Part shown: in pieces, positions 1 through 11,200 of the stretch
How positions within the stretch are numbered: position 1 is the stretch's first letter
Layout: each line of letters starts with the position of its first letter
Assembly (NCBI RefSeq): GCF_001194135.2
Contig: NC_068995.1
Coordinates: forward strand, 44,854,636 to 44,897,500
From: Octopus bimaculoides
Taxonomy: Eukaryota
Length of the DNA stretch: 42,865 bases
Direction: 5' to 3'
Made by a program: the position numbers and the translations under genes
The notes under the pieces: generated by a model
The model's database searches: none
What the model was told of the DNA's origin: nothing
What the model saw: only the letters and a program-made list of their open reading frames with translations

Positions 1-30
<30 letters not shown>

Positions 31-33
<3 letters not shown>

Positions 34-180
34 AGTGGTTGGCGTTAGGAAGGGCATCCAGCTGTAGAAACACTGCCAAATCAGATTGGAGCCTGGTGTA
101 GCCATCTGGTTTCACCAGTCCTCAGTCAAATCGTCCAACCCATGCTAGCATGGAAAGCGGACGTTAAACGACGACGACGA
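31..180 (+). mobile_element. RTE-LINE 3'UTR fragment (young, 5'-truncated) inside (TA)n
   Basis: ttaggaagggcatccagctgtagaaac...catgctagcatggaaagcggacgttaaacgacga; same tail as 13740-13871. Confidence 0.85.
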
Positions 181-667
181 TATATATATATATATATATA
201 TTGTTCAAATGTATAAAAGACAGACAGGTAAAGGAACAACATGTGAGGTGAATTAGTTTGACACTTAGGGAAAATGGAAGTCTTTGATGTTTGGAGCCTA
301 TGCTTTTTGACAGAATTGAATGAAGGAAACAATGGAGAAAGGAAAAAAAATAGAGAGAGAGAGAGAAGTGTGTGTGTGTGAGTGTTTCTGTCTGTTTGTC
401 TGACAATGTTTACATTCTGCGATTGCATGATCTATGGTTGGTGTTCTTTTTTGTCATCTCTTTGTTAAGAAATTGTCCAGTAGCTTTGCGCTTTCCAAAA
501 CGAGTGGAATGAAAATCCTTTGCTTGCAAAAGAGACATGAGTTAGCATTAGGATGGGTATCTTGCTATGAAATAATTCTTCAATTCCATGCATTTGTCTA
601 ACTCATGTTTTTTTAACACAATGGATGTGAAAATAAATGACTGTTTTTGTGCATATTTTATTTAATC

Positions 668-812
668 ACCGGCATGGCTAAATGGTTAAGTTCACTTCCC
701 AGTCAGATGTTTTTGGGTTCAGTCCTACTATGTGGCACCTTAGACAATTTTTTCTACTATAGCTGCCCAAAGCCTTATGAGTGGACTTGGTAGAGGGAAA
801 CTTAAAAAAGCC
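668..812 (+). mobile_element. Family-2 SINE 5' fragment (decayed)
   Basis: gggttcagtcctactatgtggcacctt..ttctactatagc..caaagccttatgagtggacttggtag. Confidence 0.65.
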
Positions 813-820
813 ATATATAG

Positions 821-1820
821 CTATATATAGGAAAATGAAGAATAAGGCAGAATGCTAAACTGGAAGCATATTTTCATTGCGAAGCAAATTTTCAAGGAGA
901 ATGAAAATGTTTTTTACAAAGAAGTACAAAATGAAGAAAATAATATATAAAAAAAAATATATTAAAAAAAATAATATATAAAAAAATAAATATACCAGTA
1001 CATTATATTGTCTTTGAGCTTTTAAAATTCAATGGTAATCCATGTATATAATGGTTGGAAAAATAAGGATGCATGAGAATAGAGAGTTGTGTTAGGTTTA
1101 AAAAAAGGGTTAAAAGTTTGTGTTAAGCAGGAAGTGTGGTGTCAAAACAGGAAGTGTGTGTAAGGGGAGACNNNNNNNNNNNNNNNNNNNNNNNNNNNNN
1201 NNNNNNNNNNNNNNNNNNNNNNNNNNNNNNNNNNNNNNNNNNNNNNNNNNNNNNNNNNNNNNNNNNNNNNNNNNNNNNNNNNNNNNNNNNNNNNNNNNNN
1301 NNNNNNNNNNNNNNNNNNNNNNNNNNNNNNNNNNNNNNNNNNNNNNNNNNNNNNNNNNNNNNNNNNNNNNNNNNNNNNNNNNNNNNNNNNNNNNNNNNNN
1401 NNNNNNNNNNNNNNNNNNNNNNNNNNNNNNNNNNNNNNNNNNNNNNNNNNNNNNNNNNNNNNNNNNNNNNNNNNNNNNNNNNNNNNNNNNNNNNNNNNNN
1501 NNNNNNNNNNNNNNNNNNNNNNNNNNNNNNNNNNNNNNNNNNNNNNNNNNNNNNNNNNNNNNNNNNNNNNNNNNNNNNNNNNNNNNNNNNNNNNNNNNNN
1601 NNNNNNNNNNNNNNNNNNNNNNNNNNNNNNNNNNNNNNNNNNNNNNNNNNNNNNNNNNNNNNNNCTATATATAGGAAAATGAAGAATAAGGCAGAATGCT
1701 AAACTGGAAGCATATTTTCATTGCGAAGCAAATTTTCAAGGAGAATGAAAATGTTTTTTACAAAGAAGTACAAAATGAAGAAAATAATATATAAAAAAAA
1801 ATATATTAAAAAAAATAATA
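821..1820. other. 156-bp identical direct repeat flanking an N gap (821-976 = 1665-1820): probable unmerged contig overlap
   Basis: Base-for-base match; the second copy starts exactly at the gap end. Confidence 0.8.
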
Positions 1821-2017
1821 AAAGGAATCCAGTTCACATTAGATAATGTAGTCTTGTGACCATGCTGGGGCACCATCTTGAAGAGTTTGGTTAAACAAAT
1901 GTCTGGTATTTATTTTATAGGTCTCTTGCTAAACTGTTTATTTACAGAGATGTAAACAAACCAACACAGGGGGGGGGGGGCAAATATAAAGACATACATG
2001 CAAGTCAAAAACTTCCA

Positions 2018-2175
2018 CGTCATTTCTGTCTACAAAACTCACTTTGAAAGATTTTGATCGGCCCAGGGTTATTTGTCGAAAAAATTCCTTGCTGAAGGTG
2101 CCATGTGATGAGATTGAACCCAAACTCAGTGGCTGCAAAGTGAGCATCTTAACCACACAGCCATGCCTGCATCTC
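2018..2175 (-). mobile_element. Family-2-like SINE 5' fragment (old)
   Basis: ggtgccatgtgatgagattgaaccc..ttaaccacacagccatgcctgc. Confidence 0.55.
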
Positions 2176-2269
2176 TATATGCTTTGAATAAAAGATGTGA
2201 TGGTCATAGCTGGGAGAGTCTTTAACCATAAGTGTTTTAATTAATGCAGTATATATATATGCTCATTAT

Positions 2270-2964
2270 ATATACTCACTACTCTGTATATATATATTCA
2301 CAACTCTACCTTGTGATTTAAACAGCTACACATGCACGCACATACATTACCTGCACACACACACACACACACACACACACGCTTACATACATAAGCACAT
2401 ACATATATATTTAGTCACATGTTTGCATACACATGCATGTACTTACATACATACATGTATGCACATACATTACTCTTTCCTTTTCCTCCCTCTCTCTCTC
2501 TCTCTCTCTCCCACACACACACACCTCCCTCTCATCTGCTCCCCACTCCTTTTGCTATTAACAACATAGCGATTAATGAAATATGGCTCTTTTCAACAAT
2601 GGTGATGGTGGTGGTGGTGGTGGTGGTGGTTGTCATTTAACCCCAGCACATCCCTGACTGAGTAGACTTGTGATCATAGGCATTCCACCCATGACCATCT
2701 GTTCCTTCTTTCTTGCCCGCAGTGAAACCTAGGATGTATCTAACGTGCCCAGTTCAAATATGACAAGGTGTAGATTTGAGGGAGATATTTAGCTGCTGTT
2801 TCTAGCAGGGTGAGCCACCCTGTAAGAGAGGTTCCCCATGTTGACTCATGGTGGTGGCAATGATAGCGACAGTAGGGATGGTGCTGCATAGAGTAATAAT
2901 TGTGTTGAGATTAATATAGTTGGTGGTGGTGGTGGTGGCGGTGGTAGTTGTGATGATGGTTAGG

Positions 2965-3005
<41 letters not shown>

Positions 3006-3253
3006 GGTGGTGGTTGTAGTGGTGTTGATGTGTTGAGAGACAGCGGAGGTAGAAATCCACTTTAAAACCTGACACTTCATTCCCAGATTTACAGTATTTG
3101 TCTCTGAACTGCTTCCACTGGAACATTACCCCCCCCCCTCTCTCTCTCCACAATAACCCACCACTCCCATCGTCCTATCGTCACCGCCATCATTACTGCT
3201 TCATCTCTCATCCATCAGTGTTGCTGCTGCTGCAAGTCCCAATGTCATCACTA

Positions 3254-3297
<44 letters not shown>

Positions 3298-3865
3298 TGT
3301 AACCAGCTTCTGTCAGAAATACTTGCTGTGATCAATAACTTTACTGTTATGTCCAAACACAAATAATTGCTGTGTACACACACACACACACATATATATA
3401 CAGGCATGTACACGCATGTTCATTCATCCATCTCTCTCTCTGTCCTTCTGTCTCTCTCTCTGTCCTTCATCTTCTGTTCATCCATTCGCCATCAAATAAC
3501 AGTGCACAATAAAGCTGCAGTAAGCTGCACCTTTGCTTGCTACAGCAAATATTGTATTGTCAGAGTTGCATTTCCTGTCAGCTCCCACTGACACACACAC
3601 ACACACACACACACACAGAGGTAGAGTGAAGTGCAACTGCACAGCAACATGGAATGCATGCAAGAAAGAGAGGAAGAAGGTGTGTGGTGGTGGTGGTGGT
3701 GGTGGGTTAAATGTCCATTTTATCTGTTCTGTGTGAATGTTGTGTAAAACTGTTTTCTGTTAACTCTTTGGTTTTATAGTTGGCAGGAGGGAAACGCACA
3801 CACACTCAGATTCATGTACACGCTCACACACACAATCATAGACTCGCGTACACACAGTGACACAA

Positions 3866-3906
<41 letters not shown>

Positions 3907-4080
3907 GTCTTACACACATGTAGTCTCATACACACACACACATGCAGTCACACACACACTTATGCTGTCTTACACACACATGTAATCTCATGCACACACA
4001 CACACACACGCACTTATGCAGCACTTCACACACTCATGCAGTCTCTCATACATACACACACATGCATACACTCACAGAGT
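2270..4080. repeat. Microsatellite-dense block: (CA)n, (CT)n, (GGT)n/(AGT)n, (TG)n and a CA-derived minisatellite
   Basis: Read directly, e.g. (TG)n 3255-3296, compound GGT/AGT 2920-3025, CA array 3795-4075. Confidence 0.95.
2634..2820. repeat. Probable interspersed repeat fragment of unassigned family
   Basis: catttaaccccag..tgatcataggcattcca..atttgagggagatatttagctgctgtttctagcagg. Recognised only from memory as a recurring octopus repeat; single copy in this window. Confidence 0.35.
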
Positions 4081-4627
4081 GTTTGATAACGTGTGTATGT
4101 CAGGGTATAAGGCTGTGGCGTGTTTGATAAAGTGTCATATTCCATTTAGTTCTGCTTTCAGGATCCACTTTGCTTTCCATCCTCCTTTTAGTACCAGTCA
4201 TTTACTTGGTGAAGAGGGTGGGGGGGAAGTATACCTGGGTTGCTCTCCACCCTATCCCCCTCCTCTTCCTCTTTTTATAATAATTGCAATATCACACCTT
4301 AGAATGATGTTTAGTGGATGATGGGTGGTGGTGGTGGAGGGATGTGAATAAGGGGGTGGAATAAGGGTGATTGATGGCACGCAGTCTAGGTGGCATGTCA
4401 GGTTGGTGGGGGTGGAATTTGGGGGTAGGTGGGGAAGGATGTGTGGATGGAGTAAAACACATTGTGGGTAGATGGTGCTGGAAAAAAAAACCAAGGGTGG
4501 GCAGCGAGTATGGTTAGTGTCCCCCCCCCACCTTAGATACAGAAACTATGAGAAGAATTAAGTAGACGATGGTTATGATGATAATGATGATGATCGATTG
4601 GTTAATTATGATGGTGGTGGTGGTGGT

Positions 4628-4765
4628 GATGGCAGAATTGATAGAGCACCAGGTATAAAAATGGCCTGCTGTGGAATTTAGTTCCGGCTCATTACACTCA
4701 GAGTCCAAATCCAGCCAGTGCTGAGGTCAACTCTGATTTTCATCCTCCTTGGGTCAATAAAGCAA
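4628..4765 (+). mobile_element. Old, truncated family-1-like SINE
   Basis: gatggcagaattgatag..gaggtcaactctgattttcatcctccttgggtcaataaa. Confidence 0.55.
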
Positions 4766-5181
4766 ACAGGATGAGCAGTGTGGGCCTCCCTTCCCTCTCC
4801 CATGGCTAATGTTAAGAAATCACCATCATCTTTATTGTCGTTGTTGTTCTTGTTATTTGTTGCTATGCTACAGTGAAGCTGTTGCTGTTTTCCACAAATT
4901 GATTATTTAATCCATTGGAAAAACATTTTCATTTCTGACAGCTTTTAATTTTGCTCTAATCAAATTCAGCAGTCAGTACAGTCAATACTTCATGATAAAC
5001 TGTACTGTAGTAGTACAACTTCCACTACACTGGACTTTACTTGCACTTATACTACCTCCATTACACTGTATGGTGGCGGTGGCAGCATTGCTACTACTAC
5101 TACTACTACTTCACCATATAGTGCTCTATGTGTGTACATATATAACACTTATCACTCTATACATATATGTATGTGTGTGAA

Positions 5182-5460
5182 GGTGCATGGCTCAGCGGTT
5201 GCGGTGTTGCACTCACAATTACGAGATCGTGGGTTCGATTCCCAGACCGGGCATTGCGTTGTGCTCATGAGCAAAGCACTTCATTTCACGTTGCTCTGCG
5301 ATCATTTCGTCATCTGACCTGTGGCACCTGTTGCACTTCTACAGGTAATGTCGATCTGATGGAGGGAGGGAGGGAGGGAGTGAGCTTATGTCTACACAAA
5401 CATTTGATCACTATAAGCAAATCATCTGTTTGGTTGTTCGATAAGAAATTGTCGAACCCT
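5182..5460 (+). mobile_element. tRNA-derived SINE ('family 3', Meta-like ttgtgctcatgagcaaagcactt block)
   Basis: A box tggctcagcgg, B box ggttcgattccc, non-tRNA 3' body. Confidence 0.7.
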
Positions 5461-5477
5461 CATATATATTCCTTTAT

Positions 5478-5850
5478 TTGTCTCAGTCATTTGACTGTGG
5501 CCATGCTGGAGCACTGCCTTTAGTCGAGCAAATCGACCCCAGGACTTATTCTTTATAAGCCTAGTACTTATTCTATCAGCCACCTTTTGTCAAACCTCTA
5601 AGTTACGTGGATGTAAACCCACCAACATTGGTTGTCAGGTGGTGGTGGGGGGCAAACAGACAAGCAAACATACATACACACACACACGACAGGCTTTTTT
5701 CAGTTTCCATCTACCAAATCCACTCATAAGGCTTTGGTTGGCCTGATGCTATAGTAGAAGACACTTACCCAAGGTGCCATGCAGTGGGACTGAACCCGGA
5801 ATCATGTGGTTGGTAAGCAAGCTACTTACCTCATAGCTACTCTTGCACCT
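5478..5850 (-). mobile_element. Family-2 SINE, near full length
   Basis: Colinear with 34183-34560. Confidence 0.85.
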
Positions 5851-5903
5851 ATATATATATATATATATATATGTGTATATATATATGTGTGTGTGTGTGT
5901 GTG

Positions 5904-6328
5904 ATCATCATCATCATTTAACATTCATCTTCAGTGGTGGCATAGGTTGGACAGTTTAACAAGAACCAGTGAGGTGGGTAACTGTTGAGCTGCAAAGTCT
6001 GCTTTGCCATAATTTCTACAGCTGGATACCCTTCCTAATGTGAGCTACGTTGCAGATGTAATGGGTGCTTTTTTTTTTCATTTCACCAGCACTGGTGAGG
6101 TTACCAAGTAACTTCAAGACAAGACACGTGAAATTAGTGGTGTTTCAGTATTGAGGGAGGGTAAAAGTATGATAATAGGATATGAAACATACATCATCAT
6201 CATCATTTAACGTCCGCTTTCCATGCTGGCATGGGTTTGACGGTTTGACGGGGGACTGTGAGTCAGATGACTGCACCAAGTTCCAATCTGATCTGGCAGA
6301 GTTTCTACAGCTGGATGCCCTTCCTAAT
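5904..6328 (-). mobile_element. Two RTE-type 3'UTR fragments (5904-6105, 6192-6328)
   Basis: Each begins catcatcatttaac on + and contains ctacagctggat(g/a)cccttcctaat. Confidence 0.75.
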
Positions 6329-6442
6329 ATATATATATATATATATATATATTTAGTTACTCGTTTCAGTCATTTGACTGTGGCCATGCTGCAGCTCCAC
6401 TTTAATAATATATATATATGTTATTCAGCAAACACTTCGACT

Positions 6443-7013
6443 AGATCTTATATGGTTCTCTTAGCCCTTTCTACACATCAATTATCCCTAGGACATTACT
6501 TAGCATTTGTACCTGACTTCCTTGTATAATATATTCATGATAGTGGACTCTCCTGCTTCGAGGGGTTTAGCAATGACCTCCATCCAGCAACCAGGAGTTG
6601 TTGTTCATTCTTGCTTCTGCTGGACAGACTCGGCTGTCTTGATGATGTCTGTTCGCTGGAAGTATTTTTATCCCTTTGCCACAGATGATATATCCCTCAC
6701 CAGAGACATCACCACCAGCTCTTTTTTTTTTTTTTACTCCTGAGCCTGTATGCGATGGACTTGTTTCACCTTCAAGGAACTGGCCATGTCACCGTGGTTA
6801 GTGGCTAGTGGCTAGCTAGAGGCTCAAGCACAGCATGCCTTTTCATTTCTTTGTGTCGGGCAGAAATCTGCTTCCTTACTTTCTTGATGCTGTCAATACA
6901 CCTGAAAGAGAAACAAGGAAGTTTAAGTTTGCTGCATTCCACAAAGCATTCTGTTAAATCATCAGCCATTTATAGCTGCCTGCTGAAATGATTTCATAAA
7001 TACCTTGCAACAT

Positions 7014-7016
<3 letters not shown>
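6443..7016 (-). mobile_element. Fossil Tc1/mariner (maT/DD37D-like) transposon, 5' part with decayed transposase N-terminus
   Basis: Minus-strand ATG at 6846: MKRHAVLE.., then AGGDVS..SSVAKG*KYFQRTDIIKTAESVQQ..IAKPLEAGESTIMNILYKEVRYKC*VMS*G*LM..ENHIRS. This resembles the maT HTH region (SVAKRKKH..SDIIRT.EF..IA.DL.V.E.TIR.IVHEDIRYKSYVM). Many stops; the outer end abuts (TA)n at 7017. Confidence 0.65.

Positions 7017-7095
<79 letters not shown>
7017..7095. repeat. Long (TA)n followed by (CA)n
   Basis: Read directly. Confidence 0.98.
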
Positions 7096-7096
<1 letters not shown>

Positions 7097-7392
7097 GTAT
7101 AAATCATTGCTTTAGATGCTACTATATACACATGATATACATGTGCATGTGTATGTAGATTGTATATATTGTTTGATGTTAGTAGTAATTGTGTTCTTCG
7201 TTTAAAATAGACATTAAATAACAATGATGGTGGTGGTGGTCATGATGATTTTGAAAACCCTAAAAACAGCAAAAATAGAAGAGGGGAAAAATGCTTCTGA
7301 AGGAAAGCTCATTAAATTCCTGTGAAATAACTGATCAATATAAGTTGCCAATAACAACAACAACAACAACAACAACAATAATAATAATAATC

Positions 7393-7602
7393 ATAATGGT
7401 TTCAAATTTTTCCACAAGGGCAGCAATTTTGGAGGAGGGGACGAGTCAATTATATTGACCCCAGTGTTCAGTTGGTACTTATTTTATCAACTCCGAAAGG
7501 ATGAAAGACAATGTTGACCTCAGCGGAATTTGAACTCAGAAATGTAGCAACTGGCGAAATACATTTTGTTCAGTGTCCTAACGATTCTGCCAGCTCGCCG
7601 CC

Positions 7603-7650
<48 letters not shown>

Positions 7651-7868
7651 GTCCTTTTGACTAAAGGCACAAGGCCTGAAATTTGGAAGGAGGGGACTAG
7701 TTGGTTTCATTGACCCTAGTGTTTCAATGGCACTTACTTAATTTGTCAACCTCAAAAGGATGAAAGGCAAAGTTGACTTTGGCAGAATTTGAACTCAGAA
7801 TGTAGAGACGAATAAAATGCTGCTAAGCATTTTGCCCGGTGCAGTAACGATTCTGCCAGCTCACCACT

Positions 7869-7912
<44 letters not shown>

Positions 7913-8120
7913 CTTTTCTGCTATAGACACAAGGCCTGAAATTTGGAGGGAAGGAGTAATCGATTACATTGACCCCCAGTACTCAACTGGTACTATATTT
8001 TATCAACCCTGGGAGGATGAAAGGTGGAGTTGACCTCAGCGGCATTTAAATTGTATAACTGGAAGAAATTCTGCTAAGCATTTTTGCTCAGTTTGCTCGA
8101 GATTCTGTGAGCTGACTGTT
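7393..8120 (-). mobile_element. Head-to-tail trimer of (ATT)n-tailed tRNA-derived SINE ('family 1')
   Basis: Copies 7393-7603, 7652-7869, 7912-8120, joined by (TAA)n. Each carries, on minus and variably decayed, ggtgagctggcagaatcgttag (A box), gagttcaaattc (B box) and cctttcatcctt..gataaaataagtaccag. Confidence 0.85.
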
Positions 8121-9874
8121 TTATATAATAATAATGATAATAATAATAATAATAATGGCCTAGTTTTCTTTGGTTGTCTGCAGTGGATTAGAAACTAACA
8201 AATAGATCAAAGTTGTAATTGGTGCCAGAATGACCATTGTCTTAACTACAACCCCCACTTAGAACTGCTACCAGCTCTTCATCACATCACCACCACCACC
8301 ACCACCACTGCCACCAGTTCACCTTTCAGGAGGCGGCAGTAATGCTGTTATGCCAGAGTGTAACAACAGGCAGTAGCTTGGTCCTTAACTGACGACAATA
8401 ACAACTGTATCACAGATAAATAGTGTTGGTGGTGATGTAACATTAGGGTTTGGGTGGAGCCTTAACTGGTGTTGGTGGTGGTGGTGACGTAACATTAGGG
8501 GTTAGGTGGAGTCTTAACTGTCAAAAACAGACATTTAATATTATCTACTACTTCCTTGAGGTCTCGTTACTACTGCCTCTCTCTTGCTCTCTCTTTCTCT
8601 CCATCCTTCTAACACACACACACACTCACACACACACACACACACACACACTACAGTTATGTTATTTATTCCTTGATTGTTAGTCACGTCACTTCATCCC
8701 TCATCTCGCAGATAATTAGAGTTTCTGAACGAGAACTTGTGACTACAAATAAATACACATGCTTATGTGTGCTTCTATATTCTCTTATGTCTATACATGT
8801 ATATACATACGCATATGTGTACCTGTGTAGAGGTGAATATTTCCAGCCTTTTCAGCTACAAAAATCCCTGCAGTAGGGTTTAAAATCACTGATCAGGAAA
8901 TCATAAACAGAGTTCTCATTGTGTTAGCAAGCCACATTGTGTGTATGCATGTGTATATATATATATATATATAAACAATGAGCTCAGTCTTTTGTTTTAT
9001 GTATATATGTGTTATCTATAATAAATGTGGTGATTTCTAGTCTGCTCTCTCATGCTAACAAGACACTGTGTCTGAGTGTATCTGGAGGTGTGTTTAATAT
9101 TCTATCACAGCTGTCATTGGATGATTGATTATACATACATGTGTGTGTGTCTGTGTGTCTGGGGATATACATATGTTGTGACCCATGCATAAATATCTTA
9201 CATATTAATGTTGAGTGTATACATGCTCAACAAAAATATTTACTTACATAAGCACATTTGTGCTAGAGTGTGTGTGTCTCTGTGTATAATATATATTATT
9301 TTATTTGTGTATGTGTACACACCTCCCTCTCTATTTATATATATCTCTCACACACACACATTTGTGTGTGTACCTACTTAGGCAGTGTAGTAATGTAGAG
9401 GCAGAGTAAAATGCGCACTGGGGACTAATGAGATGTCTTGTTACCTAGGTGACATAATTAGTGCTGGGATGGCTTTAATGGACTTGTCATGACGGTGGCG
9501 GAGACGATGGCTGAGGCAGAATGGATTTAGAAGAGAGTGGCATGGTGCAGTGAACATGATTCAGTAGCAACAAAGAATCTGTCCTTTTAGAATGAGAGGG
9601 AATTGATACGAGACTGTGATTGTAGGGGACAGCAAGTAGGAGGTGTGTGTGTGTGCACAGTGGTGTATGATAGTGAAAAATAGATGGTGAATGTAGGAGA
9701 TTATATGTGATGTTTGTGTGATGATGCACAGCAGTGAAACATGGACAGTGGATATGAAATAATAATTGAAAATTCAGGTCTTCTGTTGCAATTCCAATGT
9801 GGAATTCTAACTTCTTTAATCCCTGTTGTGTGTGTTGTTGCAATAAACAACCTTACATCATCAATATTCTTGCT

Positions 9875-10090
9875 AAGGTGGTGAGCTGGCAGAATAGTTA
9901 ACACATTGGTTAAAATTGCTTAGTGGAATTTCATTTGTCTTTGTTCCAAGACCAAATTCCACTGAAGTCGACTATGCTTTTCATCCTTTGGGGGTTGATA
10001 AAATAAACATTAGTTAACCACTGGGGTCAGTGTAACCAACTAGCCCACTTCACTTAAAATTGCTGGCTTTGTGCAAAAATTTGAAACCAA
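9875..10090 (+). mobile_element. Family-1 SINE, solitary, with 15-bp TSD
   Basis: CAATATTCTTGCTAA 9862-9876 / CAATGTTCTTGCTAA 10088-10102. Confidence 0.88.
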
Positions 10091-10298
10091 TGTTCTTGCT
10101 AATATCAGCAACATTCTCTACATTTGTCCTCGTCATTAATTATTGTGTATTAATTATTCAGCTAATTAAGATGTATTTATAAACAATTTAAGATAAAACA
10201 GATCAACTGTAAGAAATGAATTTCATTAAGGATTATTTATTTTTTTGTAAATTAAATACTTGATGTATTAAGCCCTAAATCCAGAAGCTGGAAGGCTA

Positions 10299-10351
<53 letters not shown>

Positions 10352-10558
10352 CTGATCCAAAGTTGGAGCTTAGCAGCAACAACAACAACAACAACAACAT
10401 CAATCTTTAATCAGATCTATCAGGTTGGAATTTTAGTTCCATTACAACACATCTTTGCTGATAATTTATAATGCTCGGGTTATTTCTGCCAATTAATACA
10501 GTCTTCTATCTTTATCTCTACCAACTGTTGTAACATTTACCATTATTTCTACCAATTA

Positions 10559-10772
10559 AAGGTGGCGAGAATCGTTAGCACACTGGGCAAAATGCTCAGT
10601 GGCATTTCATCAAGTCTTTACGTTCTGAGTTCAAACTCCGCTGAAGTTGATTTTTGCCTTTCATCCTTTTGGGGTCCAATAAAATAAGTACCAGTTGAGT
10701 AGGGGGTGGTTCGTGTAATCAACTTGCCTCCTCCCCCAAAATTGCTGGCCTTGTGCCAAAATTTGAAACCAT
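10559..10772 (+). mobile_element. Family-1 SINE, solitary
   Basis: Full body to tttgaaacc; ACCATTATTTCT at 10539-10550 and 10768-10779. Confidence 0.85.
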
Positions 10773-10831
10773 TATTTCTTGTAATCATTATTGTTATTAC
10801 TGCCTAATAATGTTATATTTACTAGATTAGC

Positions 10832-11035
10832 AAGGTGGATGAGCTGGCAGAATCGTTAGCACCCTGGGTATCTTTACATTCTGGGTTCAAATTCCGCCTA
10901 GGTCAACTTTGCCTTTCATCCTTCCAGGGTTGATAAAATAAGTGCCTGTTGAGCACTGGTGGTGGTGGGGTTCAGCATAATTGTCTTACACCTCCCCCTC
11001 AAAAACTGCTGGCCTTGTGCCAAATTTTGAAATTA
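10832..11035 (+). mobile_element. Family-1 SINE with ~13-17-bp TSD, ending ~75 bp upstream of the 88-bp exon
   Basis: ATATTTACTAGAT 10815-10827 / ATATTTACTGGAT 11036-11048. Confidence 0.85.
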
Positions 11036-11112
11036 ATATTTACTGGATAATCTTTTTCTTTCTATTGCTTCTGTAATAATATATTTATCGTTCTTTCTGT
11101 ATTTATCTACAG

Positions 11113-11200
11113 GTGTCCTTGTTATCAACGTCACATGGAGAGGGAAAACTTATGTCGGAACGCTACTGGATGCTACAAAACATGATTGGGCCCCACCCAG
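11113..11200 (+). CDS. ZNF608: Internal 88-bp coding exon of ZNF608/ZNF609/scribbler(brakeless) orthologue (phase 1 to phase 2)
   Basis: Acceptor tatctacAG (11111-11112), donor AG|GTAACT (11201). Translates (G)[28 protein letters not shown](R), which matches the conserved [31 protein letters not shown] block of ZNF608/609. It joins in frame to 36108 (AG+A = Arg, then FNCDSP). The paralogue (608 vs 609) cannot be assigned in an invertebrate. Confidence 0.95.

Larger units (their letters stand above)
1..11112 (+). other. 3' part of the preceding (phase-1) intron; upstream exon not found in window
   Basis: The exon at 11113 starts mid-codon. No EGIVW-type upstream coding block was found by eye, only repeats. 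Confidence 0.7.

Noticed and set aside
821-1820. 156-bp perfect direct repeat as a biological duplication or LTR pair
   Set aside because: The second copy begins exactly at the gap edge and the first decays into low-quality-looking sequence, typical of an unmerged contig overlap.
2802-4321. Poly-Thr, His-Thr, Val-Cys and Ile-Tyr ORFs here and throughout the track
   Set aside because: Translations of (ACC)n, (CA)n, (TG)n and (TA)n microsatellites.
5182-5255. tRNA-like sequence (also 24260-24330, 34095-34165)
   Set aside because: A and B boxes are present but the acceptor stem is not complementary and the sequence continues into a SINE body; these are SINE heads, not tRNA genes.
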